Shown: piece after piece, positions 52,001-64,000 of the stretch
Numbering within the stretch: position 1 is the stretch's first letter
Layout: the number at the start of each line of letters is the position of its first letter
Source: Phoronis australis
Lineage: Eukaryota; Animalia; Phoronida
DNA: 64,000 nt
Assembly (NCBI GenBank): GCA_002633005.1
Contig: NMRA01000849.1
Span: 1,024-65,023 of the forward strand
Direction of reading: 5' to 3'
Program-made: the position numbers and the translations under genes
The notes under the pieces: model-generated
What the model was told of the DNA's origin: nothing
Databases searched by the model: none
The model's input: only the letters and a program-made list of their open reading frames with translations

Positions 52001-53499
52001 GATGGACTACTAGCTGACGACAACGCTGAATAGCACATACCATCATGTTTACAAGCACGTAAGTGCCTCATTATTTCAAAGAGAAGAGGGTCCGCCATTG
52101 GGAATAACACGGCTAAAAATAGAGCAAGCAAACATATACGATTGGGTCATTACTGCGATTGGGCGAAGCACTTGAAATTTTAAATTGCTGTTATTGGCGG
52201 GATGCAAGAACACGATATTTCAAGCTATAATAACCATACGTATTGAGAGAGTTCACATGGCAAAAACTGTACAAGAAAGCACATCCCAAAACTGCAAGGT
52301 CCAAATAAGTTGATATGCTTAAAAACATACATCAATTACCCTGACGTATTGAGATTTGTGGTAAAAAAGATTGCTCTGTCTAGGAGATTGGAAGAGGGAG
52401 ATACTGAGTCTTTCGAACACAAAGCGCAGAGACCTGCACTGGATTTTCTCAACCTTCTTTCCTATCTGTAGACTACATAGATGTCAGGCAAGTGAATAAT
52501 AGTTAAAATGTGATTTGATGGAAGGGTCAAACATTTCAAGCTTGTAACGTGTATCAAAAGGTTTCGCAGACGAAATTCCACGAGAAAATTCAAAGAAATA
52601 AAAAATCACCCTTCGAGTCGTCTTCCAGACTCAGTTTATCATGGTGTGGCTCTGATACAAGAATCACCAATTTTACACTTATTGGCCTCTTAGCTTTTTA
52701 GAAAGTGAAAGTTTTGCATATCGAAAACAACATTTTTCAAATATTAAGAACAGGTATATTGCATGAAATGAGAGAAGGCAGGTAATGAGGTTAGGAAGTG
52801 GGACATGAGGACTGCCAAATAAAATTAATATTAATGACTTCGCACCATTTGTCACGTGACCGAAGCCGTAATTCCGTAAGCATTTATTTGTAGTGTTGAA
52901 AGTAGGTGTCGCTCAAGTGCTTTTACAAGCCAGTTTACACGGCTGTGGACATTGAAATATATGTTTTTGGATAAATCTTCGATATGTGAACAAAATTAAA
53001 AAGTTTCTCGAATGGGCTTTTTAAATTTTTGTTCTAAAACGACCCAATGTTGCGTATTATACATTTTTAAACTAAATTTTTTGTAACTTCTTTACATTTA
53101 GAATGGCTTCAAAGAAGATAATTAATTGGGAATCAATAATGATGTCTTACATATCCATATTACCGTTTCACCAATTGAGCTCTCATAACTGACCATGGGT
53201 CAGAGACATAGGCACAAGTGATGCCAATGCTCAAAACGGTTGACGACATTAGACACAATTTTTAGGCTGACGTGAATAATTCATGTGATTGTTAAAGAAA
53301 TATTCATATCTCTACACTATGTCAAGGGAATTTGGCTTTTATTTATAAAAATTTCTTTTGAATTAAGGGTTCGAGAGTGTATGAAGCGGTCGAACCGAAA
53401 TATTTTTTCACGTTGAAGACTAAAGCCTACATCACAGGAAAGGTATCAATGTTTGAAATATAAAAGTGAAATAAATAACAAAATTGTGGGGTGCATTCA

Positions 53500-54580
53500 A
53501 AAGTTATCGCCATTTATGTGTCAAATTATGACTTTATTTCGGTCAGGTAGGCCATCTTGCGATGGCAGCAGGACAGCTTACGGATTTAAAATGCTTAAAC
53601 ATTATTTTCACAAATATTAAGCAGTAAAGTTTAGTAACACATATCTTTACCTACCACTCTGTACAATCCAAGGGTATACACCAGAATTTAATCACGCACG
53701 TGTAACTTATTGAATTGAGTGGTTAAAGTGCTCACAATTCACGTTGGACAACTTGGCGAATTTTCTGAACTGAAAGGCATGCTCAACCGGCAATATTGTC
53801 ATCGATGAAGATTTAACTATACATTTTCAGAGACACTGCTACAAGATGCAGATTTTTTACAGTTTCCCGAGGCTTGTGCCATAACTATGATGACTCTTCT
53901 ATTTATTTTTATATGAATTGCCCACTCAATTGACATTGTATTCTGCTAAATTTTGTTGAAATTGTACTGAAATCGTTTTTTGTTTGAAAGTCAACTTGTG
54001 TTCAAGGTATGATAATATGTCACAGCAGCATACATATTTTTCTAACTTCTATGCACCAAATGTGCTTTTGATTCATGTTTTTCAACTAGACATTTTCTAC
54101 TTCAAGATATATTAAAGCAACAAAATGTGAAAATTCTTACTTGATTTACAGAAATGGGTTACATTTGGATAATGAAATATGAAGCTTAATCAGATCCTTC
54201 TGCGTCATAGTTAATATTTATTATTATAATGCTAGTCAAATTCTAGTTTAAGGACGAAAACTTTTATGGAACTCAGTCGCCATGCTAACAATTATGCATG
54301 TCTACTTTCATACTTAACGTGAGCTTGGTTCACCCTTTATTGCTGAAAATTTCCAAAGTACATTCTAAGTTTCTTACTGTAGCAATAGGCTGTTGGGATC
54401 ATTTTAGTTTGCGTATTAATTTGTACTGAGATCACATTTCTAGGTGTGAGCCTTAGTTACATTGAAAATTTTGAAACCGGTGCGTGCAATATATCTCTCA
54501 TGCGAGTGCTACAACAAATAACAAAATCAGATTTGAGTGGAATCGGTTGAGCGATTAGCATCCCGTAAAATGACATTTTA
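53500..54580 (+). repeat. Diverged copy of the repeat seen at about 41060-42085
   Basis: Colinear similarity, e.g. ccagaatttaatc, aaagtgctca, ttcaaggtat, aacaattatgcatgtc, ttagcatcc. Confidence 0.8.
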
Positions 54581-56119
54581 TCAGGAAGAAATAGTTATCT
54601 CTTCCTGGTAATATGTATCCAGCAAAGCGGCCACAAACCCGCGTTCCGGAAAAGTAACTAACTTTTGATTAAGACCACTTACCGGTGTAACACTGATGTC
54701 AACATATTCCATTCTCGAGTGAGAGGTGGTGTCTTGTCTTGGAAAAACCGAAAGATCATTAATGTTTGAATTTGCAGTTTTAGAGTTGGCAAACCCCAAA
54801 TACACTCAGAGGCGTTTTCTTAAGTCAAGTGGTGTGGAAGTTCTTGTTAGTAAGGGAAATTAAGCCCAATCACGCTAAGGAAAGCACTGAGAACGATTTT
54901 ATGAGCTGAGTGACTTCATTCATTTCCATTGCCGTCATCTCTGTTTGGGTGCCCGGCGTCCGCGGCTGTATCTCCTAAACCCCTAGTAGGATGTTACTGA
55001 AATTTGGCAGGTGTGTTTCTAAGTGGTTGACGACAGATGACGACGACCCTGAGCCCCCTAGAGACAATTTTATTTTTTTCGCATGCCTCTTTATCTTCGA
55101 AGTTTCTAGACTGATTTTTGTGGAATTCTGCAGAACATTTAATACGGAGGCCACGACTGACGTTGACTTTCGGACGGGTTCGACTACTGTGTCGCCCCCT
55201 AGTGGCGATTTTGGTTATTTTGCGTCTGCGGCCGAATCTCCTTAGCTCTTGGAAGGAGTTTTATGAAATTTAAAAGATGTACTCCTATGGAGTCTTCAAC
55301 AAATGGGTAACAAGTGTTGAACTGAATCAAATACATGTACTACCGTGCCACATAGTAGCAAAATGATTTTTGCGTTTGCCTCTGTATCTTCGAATTTCAT
55401 TTATTTTGTTTTATGAAATTCGGCAAATAGGTTTCTATTAAGGAGACTACAACCAACGCTTTTCCATTTTCAGACAGATTTAATGTTTTCCGCGCCACCT
55501 GCATTCGTTTTTGGCGTCCACCTCCTTATCTTCCATACCGCTTAAAGGATCATCATGAGAATTTACAGATGTGTTCCTAATGAGAAGGCCACGACTGAAG
55601 TTGCCATTATATCTTATTTTCATGGAATTTGACAAATATTTGTTCTTTACAGCCATTTTTATGATACAATAACACCCATAGAAGCACACCGTTTACGGTA
55701 CTATCGTGGGCGCATTTCAACGCCTGAGTTGCTCTTAATCGTTTTTTGGCAGCTACATACTGAGGAAGTGCATCTTTGATCTAATCTGAGAAAAACAGAT
55801 CGTAGTTGCTGATCTTTCATGAGATTCATCTAAACACAAAAATAATTCACAATTTCCGTTGATAATTTGTGAGAATATGTAACGTCCAGAAATGTTCTAG
55901 TAGCTCTAATTATCATATGTATAACCTAACCATAAAACCCTCACCGTAAAAAGTTCTCAGATGGCGCCATCAATGCCTTTTAACACCATTTGAGAGAGAG
56001 AGAGAGAGGTTGTTTATTGCACTTGGAGCTAAGCTCATTTGTACATATTACATTGCAACATTTGGTATAGGTGGCAATTTCATGTCCGGGTATTCAATAC
56101 ATATAAACATATTTACACG

Positions 56120-59100
56120 TTACAATGTTAGAGTTTCCTGTCTAATACCATAAGCCTTTAATATAAATAAGGATAGTCTTTTCAAAAGATTTCCAGAGTT
56201 CGTTTTGAGTAAGTATTTGACGTTTTCGATGTCTGTATGCTGTCGGGATATTTCTGGTAAAAAATTCTTTCTAATGTCGTTAAGTACGGGACAGTTGAGT
56301 AATAAGTGTATTTCGTCTTCAATTTCTGAACGGTTGCAAATTTCGCAAAGTCTATCTTCCTTTGGAATGTCATGGTGCCTACCAGTTTCTATTTTCAGTT
56401 GGTGTCCAGAGCACCTGAATTTGGCTAAAATTCTACGTAGAGTTTGTGGTAGACTGTAAAGATATTCTTCACAAGATAAATCTGTTTTGATAATAGAGTA
56501 AAATGAGCACTTGCTAGAGCTCTGCACTGATGTCCTCCATTCTTGGGCACCACAATCCAACAATCTTTGCATAAATTCTGATATAAATAAATCAATGTTA
56601 CCCGGTCCACTTATCCATACCTCCCCAAACCCGTATCTGAATAAAAAACTTTAGCTGCACTGGCCCAATTTGCTCGTCCTTTTTCACAGTCTTCCCGCAG
56701 CATCCTGTAACTTTTCTTTGGGTATCTGGGGTTATTCATCTGTAGAAGTTTGGTCCAGTAGATTATTGGTCTGCACAAGTATTTCACAGATAATAAATGC
56801 CTGCCGCATTCTCCTCTGGCCATAACGTTACTTGTTTTCTTTGGGACACCAGCAACCCATTTACAGAAATCATTGTGAACACTTTCTATGTCTTTCGAAT
56901 ATACTGTACCCCATATCTCAGCACCATATAACAATATAGGAGCTACCATACTATCAAACAATTTAAAACATACATGCGGGGATTTACAATTCACTTTGGT
57001 TAAACATGCTTTTAACATGTTCATTGCTTTTCTAGCTTGTAAAGCTGATATTCTACAATTTTCATTCCATTTTAATCTGCAAGAAAATGTCACACCAAGG
57101 TACTTGTAATAAGATTTCGTTTCTACCGATTTCTTATTGTAGAACCACCGTTCTTGTGCCGACAGAGTCCCACCTCGCTTGAAGACAACAATATTTGTCT
57201 TATCAAGATTAACACAAAGACTCCAATCCACACAGTAGTTGTGCAATACATTTAATTTCCTCTGGAGACCAGGCACTGTGTCCGCCACAAGCACCAAATC
57301 GTCCGCAAACAATAACGAACTTAATTCACAATCATCACACTTGATACCTCGTCCTCCATTTTCTTTGACCTCTGACACCAGTCCGCTAACAAAAACAGAG
57401 AATAACCAAGGACTCAGTATACACCCTTGTTTCACACCTCTCGTACAATCAAAATAGGGTGTGATTTGACTCTGTATTCTCACGCACGATTTCACTTCAG
57501 CATAAATATTCCTCAGGAGATTGAACACTTTCCCGTGGAGATTATTTTTTAACAAACAATAAAACAGACGTGTAGTTTCTAGGCTGTCAAACGCCTTGCT
57601 AAAGTCCACAAAGGCACAGTACATTTTTCCACCTCTTTTTGATAAATTTATGTGGGCCAAAGCTTGTAGAACAAAAATGTTATCCACGGTCGAATAACCC
57701 GCCCTAAATCCGGCTTGTTCCTCAGGGATACATTGCATTGCATCCGACCACTCAATCAGCCTTCTGTTTAATATTGATGTAAATAGCTTGCTTATGCTAT
57801 CAATTAAAGAAATTCCCCTGTAATTATTTGGGTTATTTTTGTCTCCTTTCTTGTAAATTGGAACGATTATACTCTTTCTCCAGTTCTCCGGGAATTTTCC
57901 TGTCGCCAGTACCTTGTTGAATAGTTTGCATAACACTTCAAGGATGTCACCAGTCAGTGCTTTGAAGAGTTCATTTGGAATACCGTCTTCTCCAGGGGTT
58001 TTGTTGCTTTTAAGTTTATTTATTTCCTGATTGATTTCGGACATGTCAATTTCTTTATTAAGTTGTACCAGGATTTCATCACCAGGTGTGTTGGCACAGT
58101 CATTGCAGCTTTCGTCGTGCTCTCGCATTTCGTCCAGCAAAATATTAAGGAATTCTCTGTTTTCCCGTACAGGCTCAGTGTTCAAGAGTTTTTCAAAATA
58201 GCTATACCATTCGTTCGACGAAATATCCGCTTGTTGAATATTGTTCGGATTTATGATTGACTTCACGTTTGCCCAGAATATTCTTGGATCTCTCACTGAA
58301 TCACATAATTTCTTTTCTATTTGTTCGTTATAATTCTTCTTTTTTTCACGACAGGTTTCCTTAAATTGACTTTTCGTATCAATATGATTACGTAGTGTAT
58401 CCACACACTTTGTGGATCTGAAAAGTTTCAATAAATTATGTTTTTCTATTTTCTTTTGCTCGCAAACGTTGTCGAACCACCTTGGCTGCTGCCTGTTCAT
58501 TGTGGGTTTATTGCTTATTTTCATGTCAGCGCCGCAAGCGTGGAATAATTCATTTAATAATTTAACTGCTTTGTTAATATCCATATCGATGGCTGAAGAT
58601 ATTTGGGATAATTTTTCGGTGGTGTCAACGCTGCCCAGTCTATCCTTAAAACTTGAACATTTGTGTGGCTGCCACTTGAGTCGGTGCAATGGGGTTGTTC
58701 TGACACTAGTGTTCGATCCGTCTGTATCAGCTTCCGTATGTTCTAGATAACGTAGAGTACACATGATAGGGAAATGGTCTGACTGGTCGTAGTTTAATAC
58801 TTCAAAGTCATTAATATATTTGAACAGAGATGCCTCGGCAATAACATAGTCGATAGTGCTGCATCCTCGAGTGGAGACGAACGAATAGTTTCCTTCTCTG
58901 TCTGAGGGGTATCTACCGTTAACTATGTGCGTACCATATACTGCACAAAATTTGGCAAGTTCTTTGCCAAAGTAATTAGATTTCGCATCCTGGTTGTTTC
59001 TTGGTTTTTCAAAATTATTTTGAATATAACAACAATCGCTATTGGCAAGGACATTGATATGCGCGATATCGTCATCTGGAATGTAGTCTCTGAGTGTAGC

Positions 59101-59604
59101 TGTCCTTGAATTAAAGTCACCTGTCAAAATAACCCGTGAGTGGTTAAATTTCCCATTACTCTTTAAGCAGGTAAAGTCATCCTCGAGACGATCAACACCT
59201 CAGTCAGAAATGTCGTGGCTGTAGTATGCTGACCCTTCGGGAGGGAGATAAATAAAACCTATTATTACATCTGGCTTGTCTGAGCCAGCAAACAAATCTT
59301 TCAGATGCAAATATACTCTGTCTTCCAAATTCTCACAGATGCGCGTTATTTTGGTTCCTAAATTGTTCTTTACCATTACTGTCACTCCACCAGATACTTT
59401 GCCGTTATGTATGTTTCGTACTGATGTGAACGTGGAATAATTTTCTAAGAGATCGCCAAATTCATGCTCTGCTCCTGCGTGTGATTCAATGAATCCTATG
59501 AGGTCGTAGTTTCTAATTATTTTTTTAATTTCTCCTTTGTTTTGTCGTAGCTTACTTTCTAGCCCCCCTATGTTCCATGATCCTATTTTCATTTCTCTTG
59601 TCAT
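56120..59604 (-). pseudogene. LINE ORF2 (APE endonuclease, reverse transcriptase, C-terminal Cys/His domain) with one nonsense codon and one frameshift
   Basis: APE motifs SWNIGGL, GDFNSR, IDYV, SDHFP; RT motifs QAGFR, DFSKAFD, GVKQGCILSP, FADD, YLG; C-terminal CEIC...H....C. In-frame TGA at 59200-59202 and a frameshift near 56640-56652. Confidence 0.9.
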
Positions 59605-59610
59605 TGTTTG

Positions 59611-60366
59611 CTATTGACTGTCGTCCTCTTCATTTGTATCCGTTCTATCTCTGAAGATGTATCTATCCTCGTTGCAGACAACTTTGTCTATATGATCGTC
59701 ATACAGGTACATTTTCCTATTGTGATAAAGCTTATCGAATTTTATTGTGGCTTCTATAAAATTATTGTCTCTTGAGAACTGCCATAACTTTGATCTAGCG
59801 ATACGCACTTTCTTGCTGAAGTCTTCAGCCACTGAGTATTGAGTTTCACTCCTTAATTTTCTTTTGCCTTTTAAGATCTGCATCTTGTCCTTGAACGAAC
59901 TCAACTTTGCGATGATTGGTCGAGGTTTGCTAAAGTTCTTGCGACCAATCCTATGGGCCCGCTCAATCTTTACCTCTGATATGTCGAGGTGGTTATTGAC
60001 TAGTTCCTTTACTGCAGTTTCCGCTTCTTCCCATGTTTCCGAATTCCCCTCGGGAATGCCGTGAAAAATTAGGTTGTCCCGTCTAGACCTATTCTCTAAA
60101 TTATCCACCTTGCTTTCAAAGTGCGCCACCTGTTTTCTCAAACCGACATTTTCCTGCTTCATTTCCTTGCATTGACGACTTAAGGATTCTATTTTACCAG
60201 ACAAATCTTCTCTCATTTTCTCAAATTTTGTATTCATTTCTTCTAGTAGTTCTCTATTCGATATATCAAGTGGGTTACTTTCAGGTTGAGTCATATATGA
60301 AGGTAAGGTCCGGTTGCGCAATCCTGTCGCAGGTCCTGCATTGGGTGTTCCTTTACCTCCTGGCAT
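59611..60366 (-). CDS. LINE ORF1 (coiled coil plus L1-type RRM), intact, 251 aa
   Basis: LENRSRRDNLIFHGIPE, IERAHRIG and PRPIIAKL motifs typical of L1-type ORF1p. Confidence 0.88.
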   Translation of the reverse strand: MPGGKGTPNAGPATGLRNRTLPSYMTQPESNPLDISNRELLEEMNTKFEKMREDLSGKIESLSRQCKEMKQENVGLRKQVAHFESKVDNLENRSRRDNLIFHGIPEGNSETWEEAETAVKELVNNHLDISEVKIERAHRIGRKNFSKPRPIIAKLSSFKDKMQILKGKRKLRSETQYSVAEDFSKKVRIARSKLWQFSRDNNFIEATIKFDKLYHNRKMYLYDDHIDKVVCNEDRYIFRDRTDTNEEDDSQ

Positions 60367-60588
60367 GGTTTGCTATTGTTACGTAACCTGTATATACACT
60401 GTAAACTGAAACAGAGCTCTGACACCTCAGTGTAGGTAACCCTATAGTAGGTTATGGAACTGTCTCAAAGTCGGTTTTCTCTCAGTCTAATGAAGTTTGA
60501 CCAACCTTTAAGCGTTCTGTAGATGTTGAGTATCACTTTCTTCTGACTGAAGTCCACAACACCATTTAAAAACCACCATTGCTTCAGG

Positions 60589-62189
60589 CTATTTGTCAGC
60601 AACACAGCAACACATGAGAGATCTAAAGAAGTCTGTACACCTTTGCCGAAATGTTCTTCGTGAGTTATATATAGTGTTAAATGACGGTCGGGCTGAGCTG
60701 TGTGGATATGGAAGACACCTTCCTGTGGTAAAAATGTGTTCCAACCTTCCTTCTCTGCTAGCTTGGTTGTTAATGGTCTGGGGATTGTTTTGGTTGAAAA
60801 AGTTGAGTCTGACAGACGGGCTCAAACTATCAGAGCCGGAATTGTCGTGATCTACTTCGTCAACAGAGCCGGAATTATAGTGATCTACTTCGTCAAACGC
60901 GCCGGCAGTTTTCTGAGCATCCGTTCGTCTACTGATTGCTTCCAAATCCGCATTGTTTGAAACATAAGGAATGCCAGGTCGGTAAATATCAGTTTCTGGT
61001 GGTCGAACCGCGGCTGCAGGTCTCACAAATGAGGTTGCACAAGTGGAATAGTCGACAGACGCCTTATTAAGAACGACGTGAGTTTTTGAGACTTGCGGCA
61101 AATTAGTTTTGCTCGGCGGTGTCTTACACCTTGCTTGAGTCGCCTGTCTCTGGCGATATGCCTCCAAGGACGTAAAACTTTGGTGAAGCCCTTCGTTTTC
61201 TTTTTTATTCCCGCTATTGACTTCAAAGAAAGTATTTCTCGATGATCTAAAAGGCAACTTTGAAGTAAGACTTTTTCTGTACGTTTGTGTACTTGCTAGT
61301 TTAACTTCACCTGAGCAATTGGATTTATTTCTGTGTTGAACTCCTTCTTCAGGCCTGACATGCGGATTGGATTTGTAAGAAGTAGATGCAAGACGAGATA
61401 CGTCACTGGTCGCCTCTGAACTTGAGACTTTGGTGGCAGACATGGTCGAGATGATACTTTGCGGAGACCTAACAAGGTTATTGACTTTTCTTACATGTGA
61501 AGTTGGCTGGGTAGACTGTGCATTTGTTTTCCTGATGTTACAAACGTCACAATGCTCATATTTTGGAGAAGTGGAACTTGTTTTTTTCATCAATTTTACG
61601 TCAGAAAATGTTGCTCCGAGTGTTATAGCTTTCTTCAGATCTATGCTTTCAGTGTAAAACATTTCAACCCAAATTTTACCGATAACGTACCACTTTCCTT
61701 GCTGAGCTCGTTTCATGAACGGGTTGTCATATACATTCAACTTGAACAGACAACGGCTACAAAAGTTGTCGCGCTCAGAATTCGGTTTGGTCATCACTAT
61801 AATAACGTAATGAGGACCATCCTTCCTCAAACAATAGAAATCAGCAAAATACAAGTTGCACTCATCCTTAAAATAGGGAGTTGGTATGAGCACGCGCCTG
61901 TCACCAAATGGCGACATCGGTGGAAATTCATATGTGTTGTTAGCAAGCGGATTGTTCACTGTGAAAAATATGCCCTTTAGTTTTCCATTGATAGGACAAT
62001 CTTTGTCACCATTGTGATCTTTCAGACGTGGCTCTATCACATTGGATGTAGTCGAAATTGTGTCAAACACATTTCTTGGTTGGTTACGATAAAAAAAACC
62101 CACGGTTTTCCAACTCCACTGCTCATTCGAAACCATTTGCTTTGCCCTTCTGAACAGTTCCACAACATTGTTTCTTTCTTGGTGTTCCA
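60589..62189 (-). CDS. PHYHIP-like: PHYHIP-like protein: C-terminal PHYHIP domain plus long Ser/Thr-rich tail; probable terminal exon
   Basis: Motifs FYRNQP, LKDHNG..CPINGKLKGIFFT, PPMSPFG, NLYFADFYC, HYVIIV and WVEMFYTE match the PHYHIP/PHYHIPL C-terminal domain (recalled). The ORF-track start at 62289 is TTG. A strong acceptor (gctttcttttgtag|TG, minus strand) at 62190/62189 is the more likely exon start. Confidence 0.8.
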
Positions 62190-62889
62190 CTACAAAAGAA
62201 AGCACGTGCCCGTCATCATTACAACTAGTCGACTGGAATTTACTAATACAGTTGATAAGAGTACCAAATCGATTTTTACAACTCCACAACTAGCAACTTC
62301 TTTCAGACACTCAGTGCCTCTTGCCAAAAAACGTTACTGGAATCTCAACCGCATGTTAAAGTTCCAAGAAAATTTTCAAATTTCACGCGACATGATGATT
62401 CTTTTAGAGTCAAGTCTGGAGTAAACATTTTTACATGTTTAAGATACATTCACATTACAATATCATTAATTTATGGCCGGAACATTTGGCTCTGAATTTC
62501 ATAAAATAGCCACTTTAATTTTACAATGAATTTTCGTGGTTTCTAAGTATTTTTCAAGATATTTTTGCCACTCAATGTCTCTCGCCAAACTCAAACAATA
62601 TTTTGATTTTATATTACAATATACTACGATATTCAGAGAAAAAACCCTTACAGATTTCCAGAAGCATTTTGTGAATAATCAGGTTAAGAATAAACAAGAC
62701 AAAGTTTCATTTCTGGAACCAATCCACAAAGCACACATGTAGCAGAATCCCGAGATTCCAATTTTACGAATAATATATACTTGGTAGAATTTTTTGGCAA
62801 GATCTCCAATAAAAATATACTCCACAGAACTGAGGTATCTCCAGTAAGTTAGTTCAACCATACATGTAATAAGAAGGCGCTGCAGGCGG

Positions 62890-63116
62890 ATAATCTATGT
62901 TAACAGGACAACACTGTCAGTCATACTACGAGTGGAGATGAAGTGGACAGTAGAAGACTAAGAGAGACGTGGAGAAGATCTGTTGAGCGTGAAATGCGTT
63001 ACCATGGGCTCACCTGGAATTCCACTTACCATCAAGCACATGACCGACGATAGTGCCGTCCTCTTGTGGATGCCTTATATGCAACACAGGCATCACAAGA
63101 GGCGTAAGTAAGTAAG
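62890..63116 (+). mobile_element. RTE-clade LINE 3' fragment
   Basis: ETWRRSVEREM..GLTW...AHDR...LVDAL, followed by a (TAAG)n tail. Confidence 0.75.
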
Positions 63117-64000
63117 AATTTTATGTACCAATCTAAACTGGACTCATTAGGCGGACGTTGGAAAAAACATCTATGTTTAAATATCTATATTTCCAAATTA
63201 AAGTACCTTTTCCTATTTCAGAGGCCCATTTTACGCGTGTTTTTGTTGTTACATGTTATTATCGCACAAATGACCGTAGATACAATTACACCTTTTTGTT
63301 TCTTATCAATGCCATTTTTTGTCTATTAAATCCTACGCAATTATTCCACGACTTCAAAACAATTAGTTTTCCGTCTCTAATCAGTCTTTTACCATGAAAG
63401 CTGATGAAACCATAGATTATAGACAACAGATTCGCAACTCCGGCATATTCTTACGAGCTGAGCTGAACTCTCCTGACCTATCTGCTGCAGTTTCCGGTCA
63501 GTGTAATTTGACGAGAAATACTTGCATCTACTTTACTGTCCAAAACAGCGAAAAACATTAATTTATATTAATTTCGGTATTGAAACGCTTTTCAAAGTCT
63601 TTCAATAGTAGAAGTGTTGGTATTGTGAGTACTTTTGGCAATGCTACTGGTAATTAATTTCAAAATTCAAACTTCGGTTCCGACCCTTTATGCCGTCTGC
63701 TTGCCCAATAGCAGCATAGTTATCGGACAGTTTTTGATTTACGGTTCACATAGGCCTACTGAGAAAACTACGAAAGGGTGTTTATAAATCAACATTCTCA
63801 AGTGAGCAGTTCTTCTGGGAAGTGTTGAGTGGCCCTTAAAAGGGCCGTTGGTTGTAGGTATAGCGTGAAATGGTTCTTAAAAGAACCGTTGAATAATTCA
63901 ACATAAATCACACAATATACCATGCTCACTCAAGTACTGAAGGTCCTCTTCATTCAAGTTTTCATCTGGGAAGGTTGGATGAAAACAGAGGAGATGACAA

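Larger units (their letters stand above)
55992..60557 (-). mobile_element. Full-length non-LTR retrotransposon (LINE; RTE-superfamily/RTEX-like, clade tentative)
   Basis: 10-bp TSD AACACCATTT at 55982-55991 and 60558-60567; ORF1 plus ORF2; AATAAA followed by a (TC)n tail at the 3' end. Confidence 0.92.

Noticed and set aside
59200-59202. Programmed readthrough or selenocysteine at the in-frame TGA in LINE ORF2; a 10-nt complement exists at 60541-60550
   Set aside because: The context is not a known readthrough motif, ORF2 also has a frameshift, and a 10-nt inverted match is expected by chance in 4.5 kb.
62190-62289. ORF-track start of the 566-aa ORF
   Set aside because: The start codon is TTG and a strong splice acceptor lies at 62190; probably intron.

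Overview
AT-rich eukaryotic genomic DNA, most likely from an invertebrate animal (GT-AG introns, SINEs, LINEs, Gypsy, MITEs). It is not prokaryotic and has no CRISPR array. Host genes: (1) two tandem + strand paralogues with identical exon lengths (319/159/219/696 nt; gene A 4098-8290, gene B 25545-31211). Both encode divergent ATP-grasp ligases resembling the C-terminal catalytic module of carnosine synthase 1 (CARNS1). (2) A - strand PHYHIP-like gene whose large terminal exon spans about 60589-62189. Most of the rest is transposon-derived: a full-length, lightly inactivated two-ORF LINE with a 10-bp TSD inserted 21 nt past the PHYHIP-like stop; a decayed Gypsy (Mag-like) element with a tRNA-Met PBS; a decayed HERO-like RLE retrotransposon; an Academ-like remnant; two Kolobok-like TTAA elements (one with a THAP remnant); MITEs, SINEs and satellites. 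Two near-identical duplications flank single N bases and are probably uncollapsed haplotypes. All family assignments come from motif recognition by eye and memory; no database searches were run.
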